A DNA stretch of 64,000 nt from a virus. Its lineage: Duplodnaviria > Caudoviricetes. Shown here piece after piece: positions 46,881-56,746 of this stretch; positions within the stretch are counted from its first letter, which is position 1, and each line of letters begins with the position of its first letter. A program made the position numbers and the translations under genes. Below the pieces are notes generated by a model, which saw only the letters and a program-made list of their open reading frames with translations, had not been told where the DNA came from and ran no database searches. The stretch covers positions 6,580-70,579 of IMG/VR virus record IMGVR_UViG_641509421_000001, one strand, 5' to 3'.

Positions 46881-48017
46881 TTACTCCTTATCTCGGTGTG
46901 CTGCATATGGGTCCCAGGTGTCAAAGAATCCTTCGGCCATTGGCTTCCAGTCCTTCCCTGACTCGTCCAGCTCGCAAAGCTCCTTGAACTCGCAGAAGCT
47001 GCACGCCTGAGTGGGTGATTTGGTGGCTGGCAGAACGCCATTTCGGACGACGCTCATTGCCTGGAGGTCTAGCTTAATCCTCCCGATTTGAGACTTTCTC
47101 TCTCCTGGCGATCGGAAGACTGTCTTCCTCTCGAACAGAGGCGCAGGTTGAAACTTAGATTCAGCTCCGAACACCTCGATCTCCTTCTTCTCGGCTAGCT
47201 CCTTGAGATCCGCCAGGCTTGCCTTGCCAGGAGATTCAATCCCTGCCTCTTCTAGTGCTTTAACGAAGTCTGCCTTAACAGGCTTATTCGTACACTTCCC
47301 CTCGGCGTTGCGAGGTCTTTCATCTGGCTTTCTCTTCACCAGGTAGTTGTAGACTATACCAGAGATGGTCTCTGTTTTGTCAATTAGGCCCTTATCTCTG
47401 AGGATTAGGTCCGCAACAGCCCAATAAGAGCCAGCCTGGTCATCTAGTGGAAGGTACTGGGTGTTTGAGGAGCCTAGCTGCTTCGCAGTCTTGTGATCCC
47501 AGAGGTAGATCTTACCATCTCTGGAGTCTCGTACTACGAGGTCGATAGTTCCGACGTACTCAGCCCATTCTTCCCGTTCCCTGATCTCCCACACCTCTTC
47601 ATCGGCATAGAGAGCGGGATACTTAACCTTAACATTAAATGTCTGCTCGGCCTGGATAACCTCTAGGTGAGGCTCGTTTCCGTAGTACTTGAGGTATTCC
47701 CTCAACATAGCGGAACCTAAGACCTTAGCCTCGACAACCTCTGTACTGTCCCCATCCAACTGAGTGTTGACATACTGAGTGTCGCCTCTTGTTTTGTCGC
47801 AATATTCCTCCCAGGTCTCGATCGGGTCTTTACCCCTCTCCTTCCCTGGGATGTACCACCTCTCTAGTGCGAGGTGGATTCCAGTTCCGAACCAGAGGGC
47901 GGGGCTCTCCCGCCTCGTGTTGAGTTTATCAACGTAGCTCCTCTCCCATGCCCATTGGCATCTCTTAAAAAGGTTGCGTTCAGAGGTTCTAAGCCTTACT
48001 TCTGGCTCCTGTGCCAT
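46881..48017 (-). CDS. Cas4/RecB-like PD-(D/E)XK exonuclease
   Basis: FKRCQW, FGTGIH, GTIDL, DHKT, CSFCEFKELC. Confidence 0.9.
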   Translation of the reverse strand: MAQEPEVRLRTSERNLFKRCQWAWERSYVDKLNTRRESPALWFGTGIHLALERWYIPGKERGKDPIETWEEYCDKTRGDTQYVNTQLDGDSTEVVEAKVLGSAMLREYLKYYGNEPHLEVIQAEQTFNVKVKYPALYADEEVWEIREREEWAEYVGTIDLVVRDSRDGKIYLWDHKTAKQLGSSNTQYLPLDDQAGSYWAVADLILRDKGLIDKTETISGIVYNYLVKRKPDERPRNAEGKCTNKPVKADFVKALEEAGIESPGKASLADLKELAEKKEIEVFGAESKFQPAPLFERKTVFRSPGERKSQIGRIKLDLQAMSVVRNGVLPATKSPTQACSFCEFKELCELDESGKDWKPMAEGFFDTWDPYAAHRDKE

Positions 48018-48517
48018 TACTCTCCTTCTAGATCCTTAAGGAAGCCTTCTGGGAGGTCTCCATTCTCCTTTAGTGCCTGTACCGCAGTCCGAACTAGCTT
48101 TTGAGTCTCAGATGTTGTCAGTGCCGTGCCACCAAAGACAATTCTCTCTCCAATGGAGATCCTGAAGAGGTAGTGCCTGCCACTGGACCCCTTATGCTTC
48201 GCAAGGTGATACTCCATGCGATCAGGGAGGTTCTCTTGCGCCTCTTCATAGTAAGCCAACACAAGATCTCCAGCGCTTTGGTCAACTCGGTGTCCGTAGC
48301 ACGTCTTCTCCAGGACATCCTCGGCCACTTGGAGCTGATAGTCCTCGAAGTCGTCTTCGTGTTCAATGAGATATATTGCAGCCTGAAAGAGCCTGCTATG
48401 CTCATTTAGATTGAAGTCTGGATCAACCATCGAGTTGTCATATGGCACTGTAGCCAGGATGATCCGGTTCAGCTCTCCCCAAGCCTTACGCTTTAGTGAG
48501 TAGGATTTGCTTAGCAT
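48017..48517 (-). CDS. Hypothetical protein
   Basis: SD GAGGT before MLSKSY. Confidence 0.75.
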   Translation of the reverse strand: MLSKSYSLKRKAWGELNRIILATVPYDNSMVDPDFNLNEHSRLFQAAIYLIEHEDDFEDYQLQVAEDVLEKTCYGHRVDQSAGDLVLAYYEEAQENLPDRMEYHLAKHKGSSGRHYLFRISIGERIVFGGTALTTSETQKLVRTAVQALKENGDLPEGFLKDLEGE

Positions 48518-50456
48518 AGTTAATACCTCTTTCCCCATCTAGGACTTGTTTTTGGATTTGGTCTCGTCCGAACGTGGTCCGAGCGATAGATTCTTCAATC
48601 GTACCCTTTGACCTTAGGTAGTGAATCGTCACGTTGTGATTTCTACTCACTCGGTGAACTCGATCCTCAACCTGTTCCTGATCGTCCGGGATGAACGTTT
48701 CATCTAGAATCACAATATCATCTGCTCTGTCTAGTGTCAAGGCGACACCGCCAGCGTTTGTATTGAGAAGGAAAACCTGAGGTCCGTGGTCTGTCTGGAA
48801 CAGCTCCGCTGCTCGCTTTCGCTCTCCGGCAGAAACTCCACCAGCGACCTTCAGCGTCTTAATTCCTCGCTTCTCTAGAGCTGCCTGGAAGATATTGATT
48901 ACCGAAGTAAACTGACTTGCCACGACAACTTTTCGAGCTTGAGGGCCAGAATCCCCCTCTTTATCAATTCCTAGCTCCGAGAGAAACTCTAGGAGCCACG
49001 TGAACTTATTAGAGGGAAGAGCAGGCTTGAAAGCGTCAACCTCAAAGCCATCAGCATCTTCCTTGGTCTCGATCGTACCATAACATCCAGCGAATTGCTT
49101 TAGCCTGGTCATCACAGCCAACTGACCGTTGGCGACTACACTACCAGAGTCAAGATAAGCGATAGCGTCTTCTTGCATCTCAGCATAGGCCTTCTTTTGC
49201 TTAGGTTCCATATCGAGCCAATGGCCGATAAGTCCCCTTCGCTCCTCTTCGGTGTACTCACCTTCAAGGTCATCTGGAATCGTACCAGCATAAGTCTTCG
49301 GAGGCAACTCCTTAGCGATTTCCGCTTTTGTCCTGCGAAGAGTGAACGGAGCCATAGACTCGTAGAAGGCAGTCACCTTCGACGGATCTAAGTCAACCAC
49401 AGAGGTGGCAGTATCACCAAATTGATTGATGACCTTATCCTCAGTATAGAACCACTCGGCAACCCATTGCCAGTACGCAGGGTACTTATTGGGAGCCAGC
49501 CAGTTGAGAGTTCCCCAGAGGTTTTCTAGCTTACCTCGGAAAGGAGTGCCAGAGATGGCAATCTTCTTTCCTCCAGGCTTAATCTGGAGCTTACCAAACC
49601 CGCAGCGGATCTGGGTCTGTTCGTGAGGCCTAGTCTTCTTAGTTACTAGAGCTCGGTGAGACTCGTCCACTACGATAGCAGACCACTCTCTTGGGTTCTT
49701 CTTCTTGCCCCAGTAGTCGAGGAAGAATAGTTCAGGGAAGAGATGTTCGTACCGACCCTTAGTGCTGACACCATCGACAGCTACAGGGGCATGATACTTG
49801 ACCTTAGCCATCTCTAGGTTACAGAGAATCCACCTGCGACTCGATTTACCGGAGAAGAAGCGGAGCTTAGAGAGCTTCTCTTCTCGTTTCTTCCTTGTTC
49901 CGGTAACAACTACAATTTCTTCGTCTGGGGCCCACTTCTTAATTTCGGCAGGCCAAACAACCTGAGTCGCAATAGATGGAGACAGGACCAGGATGTCCCC
50001 TGTAACCCCTGAAGCCACCACTGAGGCAATCGTGCTCAAGGTCTTTCCTGAGCCTGGGTCGTCAGCAAGTAGACTGTACTCGTTGGCTGCCAGGAACTGA
50101 ACCGCTACTCGCTGGTAGTCTCGGAGGGTCTTTGCCGTCTCTGGATACTCCTTAACGAGCAATGGCGGAACCTCGGAGCTGGATGTCCTGTCCCCAAGGG
50201 AGGCAAGGGTCTTGGCCCTATCCAGGGTTACCTGAAAGGTCTCCTTAGCCTCTGGGGTATAGACAACCTTACCAAGAGCTCTAGCCGTAGACACTGCCTC
50301 CTTGATCTTGGAGGCCATAAGGGGGAGTCGGTAAGTATTGAAGTCCTCAAAGACTCCCCCGATGTCGTGAAATGCCTTCTCGTTGCTTGGTGACTTCTCT
50401 TCCCAGTTTACGAGAATAATATCTCGGTCTAGATCAACTGAGAATTTGAAAATCAT
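48486..50456 (-). CDS. SNF2-family helicase
   Basis: LRDYQ, DDPGSGKT, DESH, SGTP, QVEDRVHR. Confidence 0.92.
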   Translation of the reverse strand: MIFKFSVDLDRDIILVNWEEKSPSNEKAFHDIGGVFEDFNTYRLPLMASKIKEAVSTARALGKVVYTPEAKETFQVTLDRAKTLASLGDRTSSSEVPPLLVKEYPETAKTLRDYQRVAVQFLAANEYSLLADDPGSGKTLSTIASVVASGVTGDILVLSPSIATQVVWPAEIKKWAPDEEIVVVTGTRKKREEKLSKLRFFSGKSSRRWILCNLEMAKVKYHAPVAVDGVSTKGRYEHLFPELFFLDYWGKKKNPREWSAIVVDESHRALVTKKTRPHEQTQIRCGFGKLQIKPGGKKIAISGTPFRGKLENLWGTLNWLAPNKYPAYWQWVAEWFYTEDKVINQFGDTATSVVDLDPSKVTAFYESMAPFTLRRTKAEIAKELPPKTYAGTIPDDLEGEYTEEERRGLIGHWLDMEPKQKKAYAEMQEDAIAYLDSGSVVANGQLAVMTRLKQFAGCYGTIETKEDADGFEVDAFKPALPSNKFTWLLEFLSELGIDKEGDSGPQARKVVVASQFTSVINIFQAALEKRGIKTLKVAGGVSAGERKRAAELFQTDHGPQVFLLNTNAGGVALTLDRADDIVILDETFIPDDQEQVEDRVHRVSRNHNVTIHYLRSKGTIEESIARTTFGRDQIQKQVLDGERGINYAKQILLTKA

Positions 50457-50457
50457 A

Positions 50458-51438
50458 TTAGCTCCAATCGTCGTCCGTTGTTTCTTCTGCCTGGCCGATT
50501 ACATAGGAGGAACCGGAACCGCTAAAGAAGTCGTGAGTCTCCTCTGAATCTACCGAAAGCTGACTCAGGATTCTAGGCTCTACCCGAGTCATTTCCGCAG
50601 GGAAGACATTCTCAAGGCCTAAGTTCTGCATCGCCTTGTTGAGGTTGTACCGGAGGAAGGTCTGAACCTGAGCCGACAAGCCTAGAGGCTCATAGATCTC
50701 CTCAATGAGGGGGATCTCGTTAACAAATAGGCGACAGGCAAGATTAGTGACCCTCTCCTTTACTGCATCTCTCTCGTATGGGAGGGCTCCCTCCATTACC
50801 TTCTGGAATTTATATCCCAAGTAATAGCCATGCACACCCTCGTCTCTCATGATAAGGCGGATAAGGTCCGCTGTGTTGGTGAGTTTACCTTGAGAGGCGA
50901 AGTGAAGAGGGAGATAGAAGCCGGTATAGAACAAGAATGATTCCAGGAGGACAGAGGAGGCTCTAATGATTGCTCCGTAGTACTCCACTCTTCGATCGTT
51001 GTAATCGCTGATGTCGTAGGCCTCGTCAAAGACGAGCTTCTTAACTTGAGTAGCCTTGTTATTCTCCACCCAAGCAAAAGCCCCGTCAATATCCTCAGAT
51101 CCGAACAGAGTAGAGAACACGGAAGAGTAACTCTTAGCGTGAACTTCTTCCATGAATCCGATCTGTTTCATGACTGCAATCTCATGCGGAGTAATGGCAT
51201 ATTCGGAGATACTGTCCGCTCCGATATGACCCTGAATGGTGTCTAGCTGGGTGAGGCCAGCAAAGACCTTCAGGATCGCGGTCTTCTCGTGGTCGCTAAG
51301 TCCGGCGAAGGACTTGACATCGTTACTGAGCGGGACCTTAGTGTCCAGCCAGAAGTTCTTGGTTAGCTTATTCCAGACATCGAGATCAGTGTAATCTTCG
51401 ATCTCGTTCCAGTTGATTGCCTTAGTATTCGTCTTCAA
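50458..51438 (-). CDS. nrdF: Ribonucleotide reductase class Ib beta subunit
   Basis: AINWN, NFWL, LDTIQ, EEVHAKSY, LESFLFY, RDEGVHGYY, HDFFSGSGSSY; TTG start with SD AGGAGG. Confidence 0.95.
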   Translation of the reverse strand: MKTNTKAINWNEIEDYTDLDVWNKLTKNFWLDTKVPLSNDVKSFAGLSDHEKTAILKVFAGLTQLDTIQGHIGADSISEYAITPHEIAVMKQIGFMEEVHAKSYSSVFSTLFGSEDIDGAFAWVENNKATQVKKLVFDEAYDISDYNDRRVEYYGAIIRASSVLLESFLFYTGFYLPLHFASQGKLTNTADLIRLIMRDEGVHGYYLGYKFQKVMEGALPYERDAVKERVTNLACRLFVNEIPLIEEIYEPLGLSAQVQTFLRYNLNKAMQNLGLENVFPAEMTRVEPRILSQLSVDSEETHDFFSGSGSSYVIGQAEETTDDDWS

Positions 51439-51715
51439 TGAGACCCTCCTCAAAATCAGAATTGTTATTAAGACCAGAGGCGGTAAAGCCAAAGGCTTCC
51501 TTCCCGTAGTCGTAAATCTCCACTTTCGTTTCTAGCTCGGATTCCTCTAGGCACTCAAGGTCGTCTAGATCAAGTGCTCCGCTTGCGATGGCCTCAATGA
51601 CTGTATTGGCTATATCGCCTAGACTAGCTTCATTTCCATGAAAAGTTAGGTCCGGTGTGTACTCGACGATCTCTTCGACGGTACGCACTACCCGAAGCCT
51701 AATGTACTCTTTCAT
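51422..51715 (-). CDS. Acidic hypothetical protein
   Basis: SD AAGGAG; lies between nrdE and nrdF. Confidence 0.75.
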   Translation of the reverse strand: MKEYIRLRVVRTVEEIVEYTPDLTFHGNEASLGDIANTVIEAIASGALDLDDLECLEESELETKVEIYDYGKEAFGFTASGLNNNSDFEEGLIEDEY

Positions 51716-51777
51716 TGCGTCTCCTTAGGGTTTGGGGTTGAGGAGCTCGCGGGATTGAGCTCCTCGGTGTGTATTTC

Positions 51778-51806
51778 ACGGTACATGATCCCGCTACCGT
51801 TGTCAA
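51778..51806 (-). promoter_or_regulatory. SigA-type promoter with leader hairpin (about 51740-51765)
   Basis: TTGACA-17-TACCGT; GAGGAGCTC/GAGCTCCTC stem. Confidence 0.65.
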
Positions 51807-51811
51807 CTAGG

Positions 51812-54409
51812 CTACAAAGCGCAGCTTAGGCAACCTTCCACTTCCGTGCCTTCTACCGACTTAGCAGAGGTTCGGATGTAGTACAGAGACTTCAGGCCCT
51901 TCTTGTGAGCGTAGATCTGCGCTCGGTTAATGTCTCGCGTTGTCGCTGTATCTGGGAAGAACAGCGTGAGAGACATGCCCTGGTCTACCCAAGGAGATGC
52001 TACAGCGTACATATCAATGATCGGGTTAGGTCCGATAGCGTAAGCGCTATCAATTGATTCTACATTCTCATTGGTCACTCCGTACTGAGGGTAATAGACT
52101 CGACCAAGCTTACCCTCCTTGCGAACCTCAACAGGAGAGGTCACAGGGTGAATCGAGGCCGTGGCATGGTTAATGTACGAGATAGAGCCGGTTGGTGGGA
52201 TCGCCTGGAGGTTCTGGTTGTAAATACCATGCAGGCGGAACCGCTCAAGAAGGCGGAGCCACTCATAACTCCAGGCTACGTCAGAGTTTTCCATTGCGTT
52301 CCCGCTTGCTGTTATCCTATCAATCAAGGCCATAGCTCGGTCTCGGTGACCAGAGATGATATCTCCCCACCTGGAGCCTTCAGCTCCCTTAAAGCCACTT
52401 CCCATCTCCTCGGCCTTATCCACAGACGCAGAGATGACAGAGAAGGTGACTCGCATCATGTACCACTCAAACCAGTCCCGAGCCTCTTGAGAGTTATAGT
52501 CTAGCCCAAGCTCAATGAGAGCTCCGTGGAGGTTCATCTGTCCCAGGCCAATAGCTCGGGACTCGCGGTTTCCTCGGACAACCGTAGGAGAGCTTCCAAT
52601 CTCAGTCTGAACAGCTACCTGATTAAGGAACTTATAGGCATCCTTGACGGCGGTATGGAAGTCGTCCGTGTCTAGGGCGCTGAGTCTAGCCACATTGAGA
52701 CTGCCAAGGTTACAGGAGATGTCTCGGCCTGTCTTCGTGAAGAAAGAGTCCTCCGAGAACTCGCTAGGCGAGGATGGCTGGAAAATCTCCGAGCAGTTTC
52801 CCGTTACCAAACCGTTATAAATGACCGAGTGGCCGTTCTCGACGGTTGGGTCGTACACATCCTCCACTCCATAGAACTCGATAGAGTGGACCGTTGCATG
52901 GGATTTGTGCGAGGGGACGTAGTGATTCTCGCTGCGGGACGGGCTTTCGGACCCCTGGGCCAGAAGGCGGTCTCCGACCTCCAATTCTGCAAGAGGGATC
53001 TTGACAAGTTCACCGTCACGGTCCACGTAGAACTTGTGCCACTCGGTAGCCTTAATCTCGTGCCCTTCTGCGGTGGTCACCTTGTACACGTCAGCGTCTG
53101 TGGCTGTCTTGAACATCTTTGAGGACTTCTGGACGCTCGTTCCGGTGCTCTTTAGATTCATAGTGCGAGCACGCTCGTCAACGACAACCTCGAAGTCTTC
53201 CTGGGTCTCCCAGAGTACATCGGCACGACGGTAGCCCCTGGAGGTCAGGATCTGAGTATCACCAGTCACGCACAAGTTGGAGCTCTTAATGCGACCAATG
53301 TTAGGGGCTGGATTGCCTCGGTTAGCTGCATCATCGAACATAAGGTAAGGATAGCCAGACTCAAACTGAACCTCTGCGATGGTCTGGAACAGCTTTCGAG
53401 CGTCGATAAAGGTCTTAGCGATCCTATCATCTTTTAGCCACGTGTCGTACATCTCGGTTACGGAGAACTCGGACAGTGACTTTCCGTACACCTTATTGAT
53501 GTCATAAGGAGAGAATAGGGCCATAGGCTCGCTCTCCTTGGCAAGGCGGAACGTGACATCAGGAACGATAACTCCTAGGGAGAGAGTCTTAATACGGATC
53601 TTCTCGTCGGCGTTTTCACGCTTGGTATCCAGGAACGCAAGGATGTCGGGGTGGTGTGCGTTCAAATATACCGCCCCTGCGCCCTGCCTTGCACCCAGTT
53701 GGTTAGAGTAGGAGAAGCTATCTTCTAGAATCTTCATCACAGGGATGACTCCAGAGGCCTGACCTTCTCGACCCTTAATCGGAGCTCCTGCCTCGCGGAG
53801 GTTGGAGAATCCAATGCCGACTCCGCCACCACGCTTAGACAGCTGGAGAGAGTCCTGAACGATTCGACCGATGGACCCCATGGTGTCCTGAACATCGAGG
53901 ATGAAGCATGATACTGGCTTGCCTGCGTCGAGAAGCCCCGCGTTGAGGAAGGTCGGAGTTGCAGGCTGGAAGATTCCCTTGATAATGAGATCCACAAGGG
54001 ACTCAGCGTGCTCGAAGTCTTCGCTGTAGTGGATGGCCGTGAGTACCACTCGATCTTCGTAGCGCTCGTAATAGCGCTTGCCATCGTTAGTCTTCAAGGC
54101 GTAGGAGTTATAGAACTTCAGCGCTCCCATGTAGGTCTTGAAGCGGAACTTGTGTCCGTAGGCCTGTTTCATGAGTCTCTTTAGGTCCTCGAAGCCGTAG
54201 CGAAGGACGACATCCTTGTCCCATAGTTGGACTTCCTCTGTGAGGTGATCCACCTTCTCCTCTAGGGAGTGAAAGAATACGGTGTTCTTGTTGACGTGCT
54301 CCAGGAAGTAGGCGCGAACACTGTCCTTGTCCTTGTGGAGCTGAGGCTTGCCTTGTTGATCTAGTAGCTTCACCTCGGCGTTGAGATCGCTGTAGGTATC
54401 TTTAGTCAT
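51812..54409 (-). CDS. nrdE: Ribonucleotide reductase class Ib alpha subunit with mini-intein
   Basis: QPATPTFLNAG, VSCF, SNL|CSE, SCNLGS, PPTGSIS, KSLYY, CLSCAL. Confidence 0.95.
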   Translation of the reverse strand: MTKDTYSDLNAEVKLLDQQGKPQLHKDKDSVRAYFLEHVNKNTVFFHSLEEKVDHLTEEVQLWDKDVVLRYGFEDLKRLMKQAYGHKFRFKTYMGALKFYNSYALKTNDGKRYYERYEDRVVLTAIHYSEDFEHAESLVDLIIKGIFQPATPTFLNAGLLDAGKPVSCFILDVQDTMGSIGRIVQDSLQLSKRGGGVGIGFSNLREAGAPIKGREGQASGVIPVMKILEDSFSYSNQLGARQGAGAVYLNAHHPDILAFLDTKRENADEKIRIKTLSLGVIVPDVTFRLAKESEPMALFSPYDINKVYGKSLSEFSVTEMYDTWLKDDRIAKTFIDARKLFQTIAEVQFESGYPYLMFDDAANRGNPAPNIGRIKSSNLCVTGDTQILTSRGYRRADVLWETQEDFEVVVDERARTMNLKSTGTSVQKSSKMFKTATDADVYKVTTAEGHEIKATEWHKFYVDRDGELVKIPLAELEVGDRLLAQGSESPSRSENHYVPSHKSHATVHSIEFYGVEDVYDPTVENGHSVIYNGLVTGNCSEIFQPSSPSEFSEDSFFTKTGRDISCNLGSLNVARLSALDTDDFHTAVKDAYKFLNQVAVQTEIGSSPTVVRGNRESRAIGLGQMNLHGALIELGLDYNSQEARDWFEWYMMRVTFSVISASVDKAEEMGSGFKGAEGSRWGDIISGHRDRAMALIDRITASGNAMENSDVAWSYEWLRLLERFRLHGIYNQNLQAIPPTGSISYINHATASIHPVTSPVEVRKEGKLGRVYYPQYGVTNENVESIDSAYAIGPNPIIDMYAVASPWVDQGMSLTLFFPDTATTRDINRAQIYAHKKGLKSLYYIRTSAKSVEGTEVEGCLSCAL
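52796..53272 (-). mobile_element. Mini-intein (159 aa, no endonuclease) in NrdE
   Basis: CVTGDTQILT..ATEWHKF..EDVYD..VTGN|C. Confidence 0.93.
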
Positions 54410-54629
54410 TCTTCTCCTTATTTCGGTCTAGGAATTTAATAATTAGCAGAGTTGCAATTGGGATCGAGATAGCGTAGCAGAAGTTCACGAACACCGCCTG
54501 TGGAGCTACGATAGCAAGAATGGTAATTGTAGCAGCAACCAGAACGAGCAGCAGCGGAACAATGAGCCAGGCTAGAGGGGCTGGTTTAGGCTTCAGCTCT
54601 TCTACGATCTTTTCTAGGTTCGGGTCCAT
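54402..54629 (-). CDS. Small membrane protein
   Basis: Two hydrophobic helices. Confidence 0.75.
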   Translation of the reverse strand: MDPNLEKIVEELKPKPAPLAWLIVPLLLVLVAATITILAIVAPQAVFVNFCYAISIPIATLLIIKFLDRNKEKND

Positions 54630-54863
54630 CTATGCTCCCCTTCGAGGCTGTGCGGTTACAGAGGCCACGATCTGTGAATTTCCGTCCTGGGTCTCTACGA
54701 TGTCAAATCGGAAGTTGTAGAAAGTTGCTGATGGATCTGGGTAGTAGGTTCCAAGAGCGTCCATCGCTACCTCTACGGCCTCGACAGCGGAACCAATAGG
54801 GTCCGCGCTGTTGTAGTCTGCCATTACGGAGCAGCTTTGCTTCTTAATCTGTGGTTCGGTCAT
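54630..54863 (-). CDS. Hypothetical protein
   Basis: ATGA overlap, SD GAAGGT. Confidence 0.75.
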   Translation of the reverse strand: MTEPQIKKQSCSVMADYNSADPIGSAVEAVEVAMDALGTYYPDPSATFYNFRFDIVETQDGNSQIVASVTAQPRRGA

Positions 54864-55090
54864 GCTACCTTCTTTCGTCCTACGGTTTTAATCTGGTTTA
54901 GGTTAATGAATCGCCATCCTGACGGGGAGAGGAATTTAATGACTCCTCCTGAGATCTGAGGCTCTACTTTAGAGTCCGATCTGACGATAATTTCTTCTTC
55001 ATGCTGGATAGCTTCGTTAACAACGACAATCCTTTTTCCTTTGAGATACTCGATGATCTCTTCATCTGTGAGCTTGCTTAGATCTTTCAT
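54860..55090 (-). CDS. Hypothetical protein
   Basis: ATGA overlap, SD GAGG. Confidence 0.78.
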   Translation of the reverse strand: MKDLSKLTDEEIIEYLKGKRIVVVNEAIQHEEEIIVRSDSKVEPQISGGVIKFLSPSGWRFINLNQIKTVGRKKVA

Positions 55091-55455
55091 GCGTCCTCTT
55101 TCTGTATCTGTTTGATGGCTTTCTGGAAGCTGGAGCTCTTTCCGAGGGCCCTTTCGACTTTTGACTTCCAGAACTCTGACTCTACCTTGCCATCCTCTGA
55201 AAAGAAAATGGTATCCATCGTGACAACCTCTTGGTAGATAGGATGGAAATCTGACACCCAGGACCCCAGGGATGGCTTAGGGTAGACCCTCAAGACTACC
55301 ACATCTTCCAAACATTCGTCTGGAACTTCTCCTGAGATAGGCTCTGAGACAACCGCAGTGACACATTGAGCGGTTTTATCTACAGAGAAGATATAGATGT
55401 CATCCCACGAGTCGTCCCCGTAATCTTCGGATACTGTTCCTCGATAGCTAATCAT
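55087..55455 (-). CDS. Hypothetical protein
   Basis: SD AAGGAG, 8-bp overlap. Confidence 0.75.
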   Translation of the reverse strand: MISYRGTVSEDYGDDSWDDIYIFSVDKTAQCVTAVVSEPISGEVPDECLEDVVVLRVYPKPSLGSWVSDFHPIYQEVVTMDTIFFSEDGKVESEFWKSKVERALGKSSSFQKAIKQIQKEDA

Positions 55456-55894
55456 CCTGCTCCTTTTCCAGTTCCTTTAGTAGTGTTTCGATCTCTTCCT
55501 GAGCGCCTCGAATATCTCCCCAGTACAGTCGAATGAGAGCACGGAGCTCAGGGAGCTCAACTCTAGTCCCGCCTCCTGGGTGAATGAAGGCCTTTTCTGG
55601 AGATAGGTATTGGCTCTCGGCGTGCTTTACGGCGATGTCTGCAACTCGCTTTGCTCGCCATGCCTCGAAACGCTCCAGGAGAGGGATCGGACGATCGAAG
55701 TAGTGGTTGAGGGCCACGAGAGCCTTCTTTACGTCTTCGACTGGCTTTCCCTTATCTCGGTATCGGAAGATGTACTTAAAAGCACTGCCTACGCGAAGCT
55801 CTCGGCCTCCCATGAGATCCCACGGGGTTGAGCTCCCGAACCACCAGTGATTCTTGTAGTGGCTATTGTCCGGTACATTCTTAAAGCTAAGCAA
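55448..55894 (-). CDS. DUF3310-like protein
   Basis: SHY..GSAFKYIFRYRDKGKPVEDVKKA. Confidence 0.75.
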   Translation of the reverse strand: MLSFKNVPDNSHYKNHWWFGSSTPWDLMGGRELRVGSAFKYIFRYRDKGKPVEDVKKALVALNHYFDRPIPLLERFEAWRAKRVADIAVKHAESQYLSPEKAFIHPGGGTRVELPELRALIRLYWGDIRGAQEEIETLLKELEKEQDD

Positions 55895-56153
55895 TGGCTA
55901 GGTCTCCGTCAATTTCGATTGGTTCCCACTCAGAAGCTCGTCGGGTTGAGATGGAGAAAATTTGATTTTTCTGGCTCTCCGATAGGGAGTCAAGGAATGG
56001 GTCAAGATCTCCCTCTCGGTGAATCTCAGTTCCGTCATTGAAGTATATGAGGAACTCTCGATGCTCTGTTTTCTGTCGCTGGCGGATCAGCATGAGCTCG
56101 TCTTCTCGCTGAGCAGCAAGCTCTTCGTACTTCTTCTTCCAATCAATACTCAT
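55887..56153 (-). CDS. Hypothetical protein
   Basis: SD GAGAGG before MSIDW. Confidence 0.75.
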   Translation of the reverse strand: MSIDWKKKYEELAAQREDELMLIRQRQKTEHREFLIYFNDGTEIHREGDLDPFLDSLSESQKNQIFSISTRRASEWEPIEIDGDLAIA

Positions 56154-56175
56154 TTTAGGTTCCTCTCGGTAGGTA

Positions 56176-56340
56176 TTACTGGCAAGCTTCAATGTTACCA
56201 GTCATGATGGCAAAAGCCAAGGAGTTCGCGATCACAAGAGCAAATAGAATTGCCGTAAGAGCTTGGTCTAGCTTATGAGATGGCTTAGGCTCTTCCATCA
56301 CTCCGACAATCTTAGCTAGGGCTAAAGTATCATCACTCAT
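56176..56340 (-). CDS. Small membrane protein
   Basis: SD GGAGG before MSDD; one TM. Confidence 0.7.
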   Translation of the reverse strand: MSDDTLALAKIVGVMEEPKPSHKLDQALTAILFALVIANSLAFAIMTGNIEACQ

Positions 56341-56746
56341 TGGTGTCCTCCAATATTTGTACGAGCTTATTCTTTGCGACTTCATGGGCTTCCGCTTTAC
56401 CTAGGGACCTAGCCTCGTGCTGTCCGTGAATCCACGGGAAATCCCTTGCCTTCGCAGCTTTTGCGCTATGCCAATTTGCCAGGTCCTTAACCTGAACTTT
56501 GAGTCGCTGTAACTCCGCTTCTCTAGCGATCAACTGGTCGAGCAACGCGGGGATCGCCACAATGGACTCTCCATCATGCTTCATGTGCCCAGCCTGAATC
56601 TTTACGACAAGCTGATCTCCCCAGGTCATGTATCGGCCATCGTCATTAACTACGCACAGGTCACCCCAATCATCTTCGTGAAGGTATCGGTCACCTGTGG
56701 TGATCTTTGAGCGCATTTCTTTTAGCTGTTCGGTAGTGAATGTCAT
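56333..56746 (-). CDS. Hypothetical protein
   Basis: SD GAGGAG, ATGA overlap. Confidence 0.78.
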   Translation of the reverse strand: MTFTTEQLKEMRSKITTGDRYLHEDDWGDLCVVNDDGRYMTWGDQLVVKIQAGHMKHDGESIVAIPALLDQLIAREAELQRLKVQVKDLANWHSAKAAKARDFPWIHGQHEARSLGKAEAHEVAKNKLVQILEDTNE

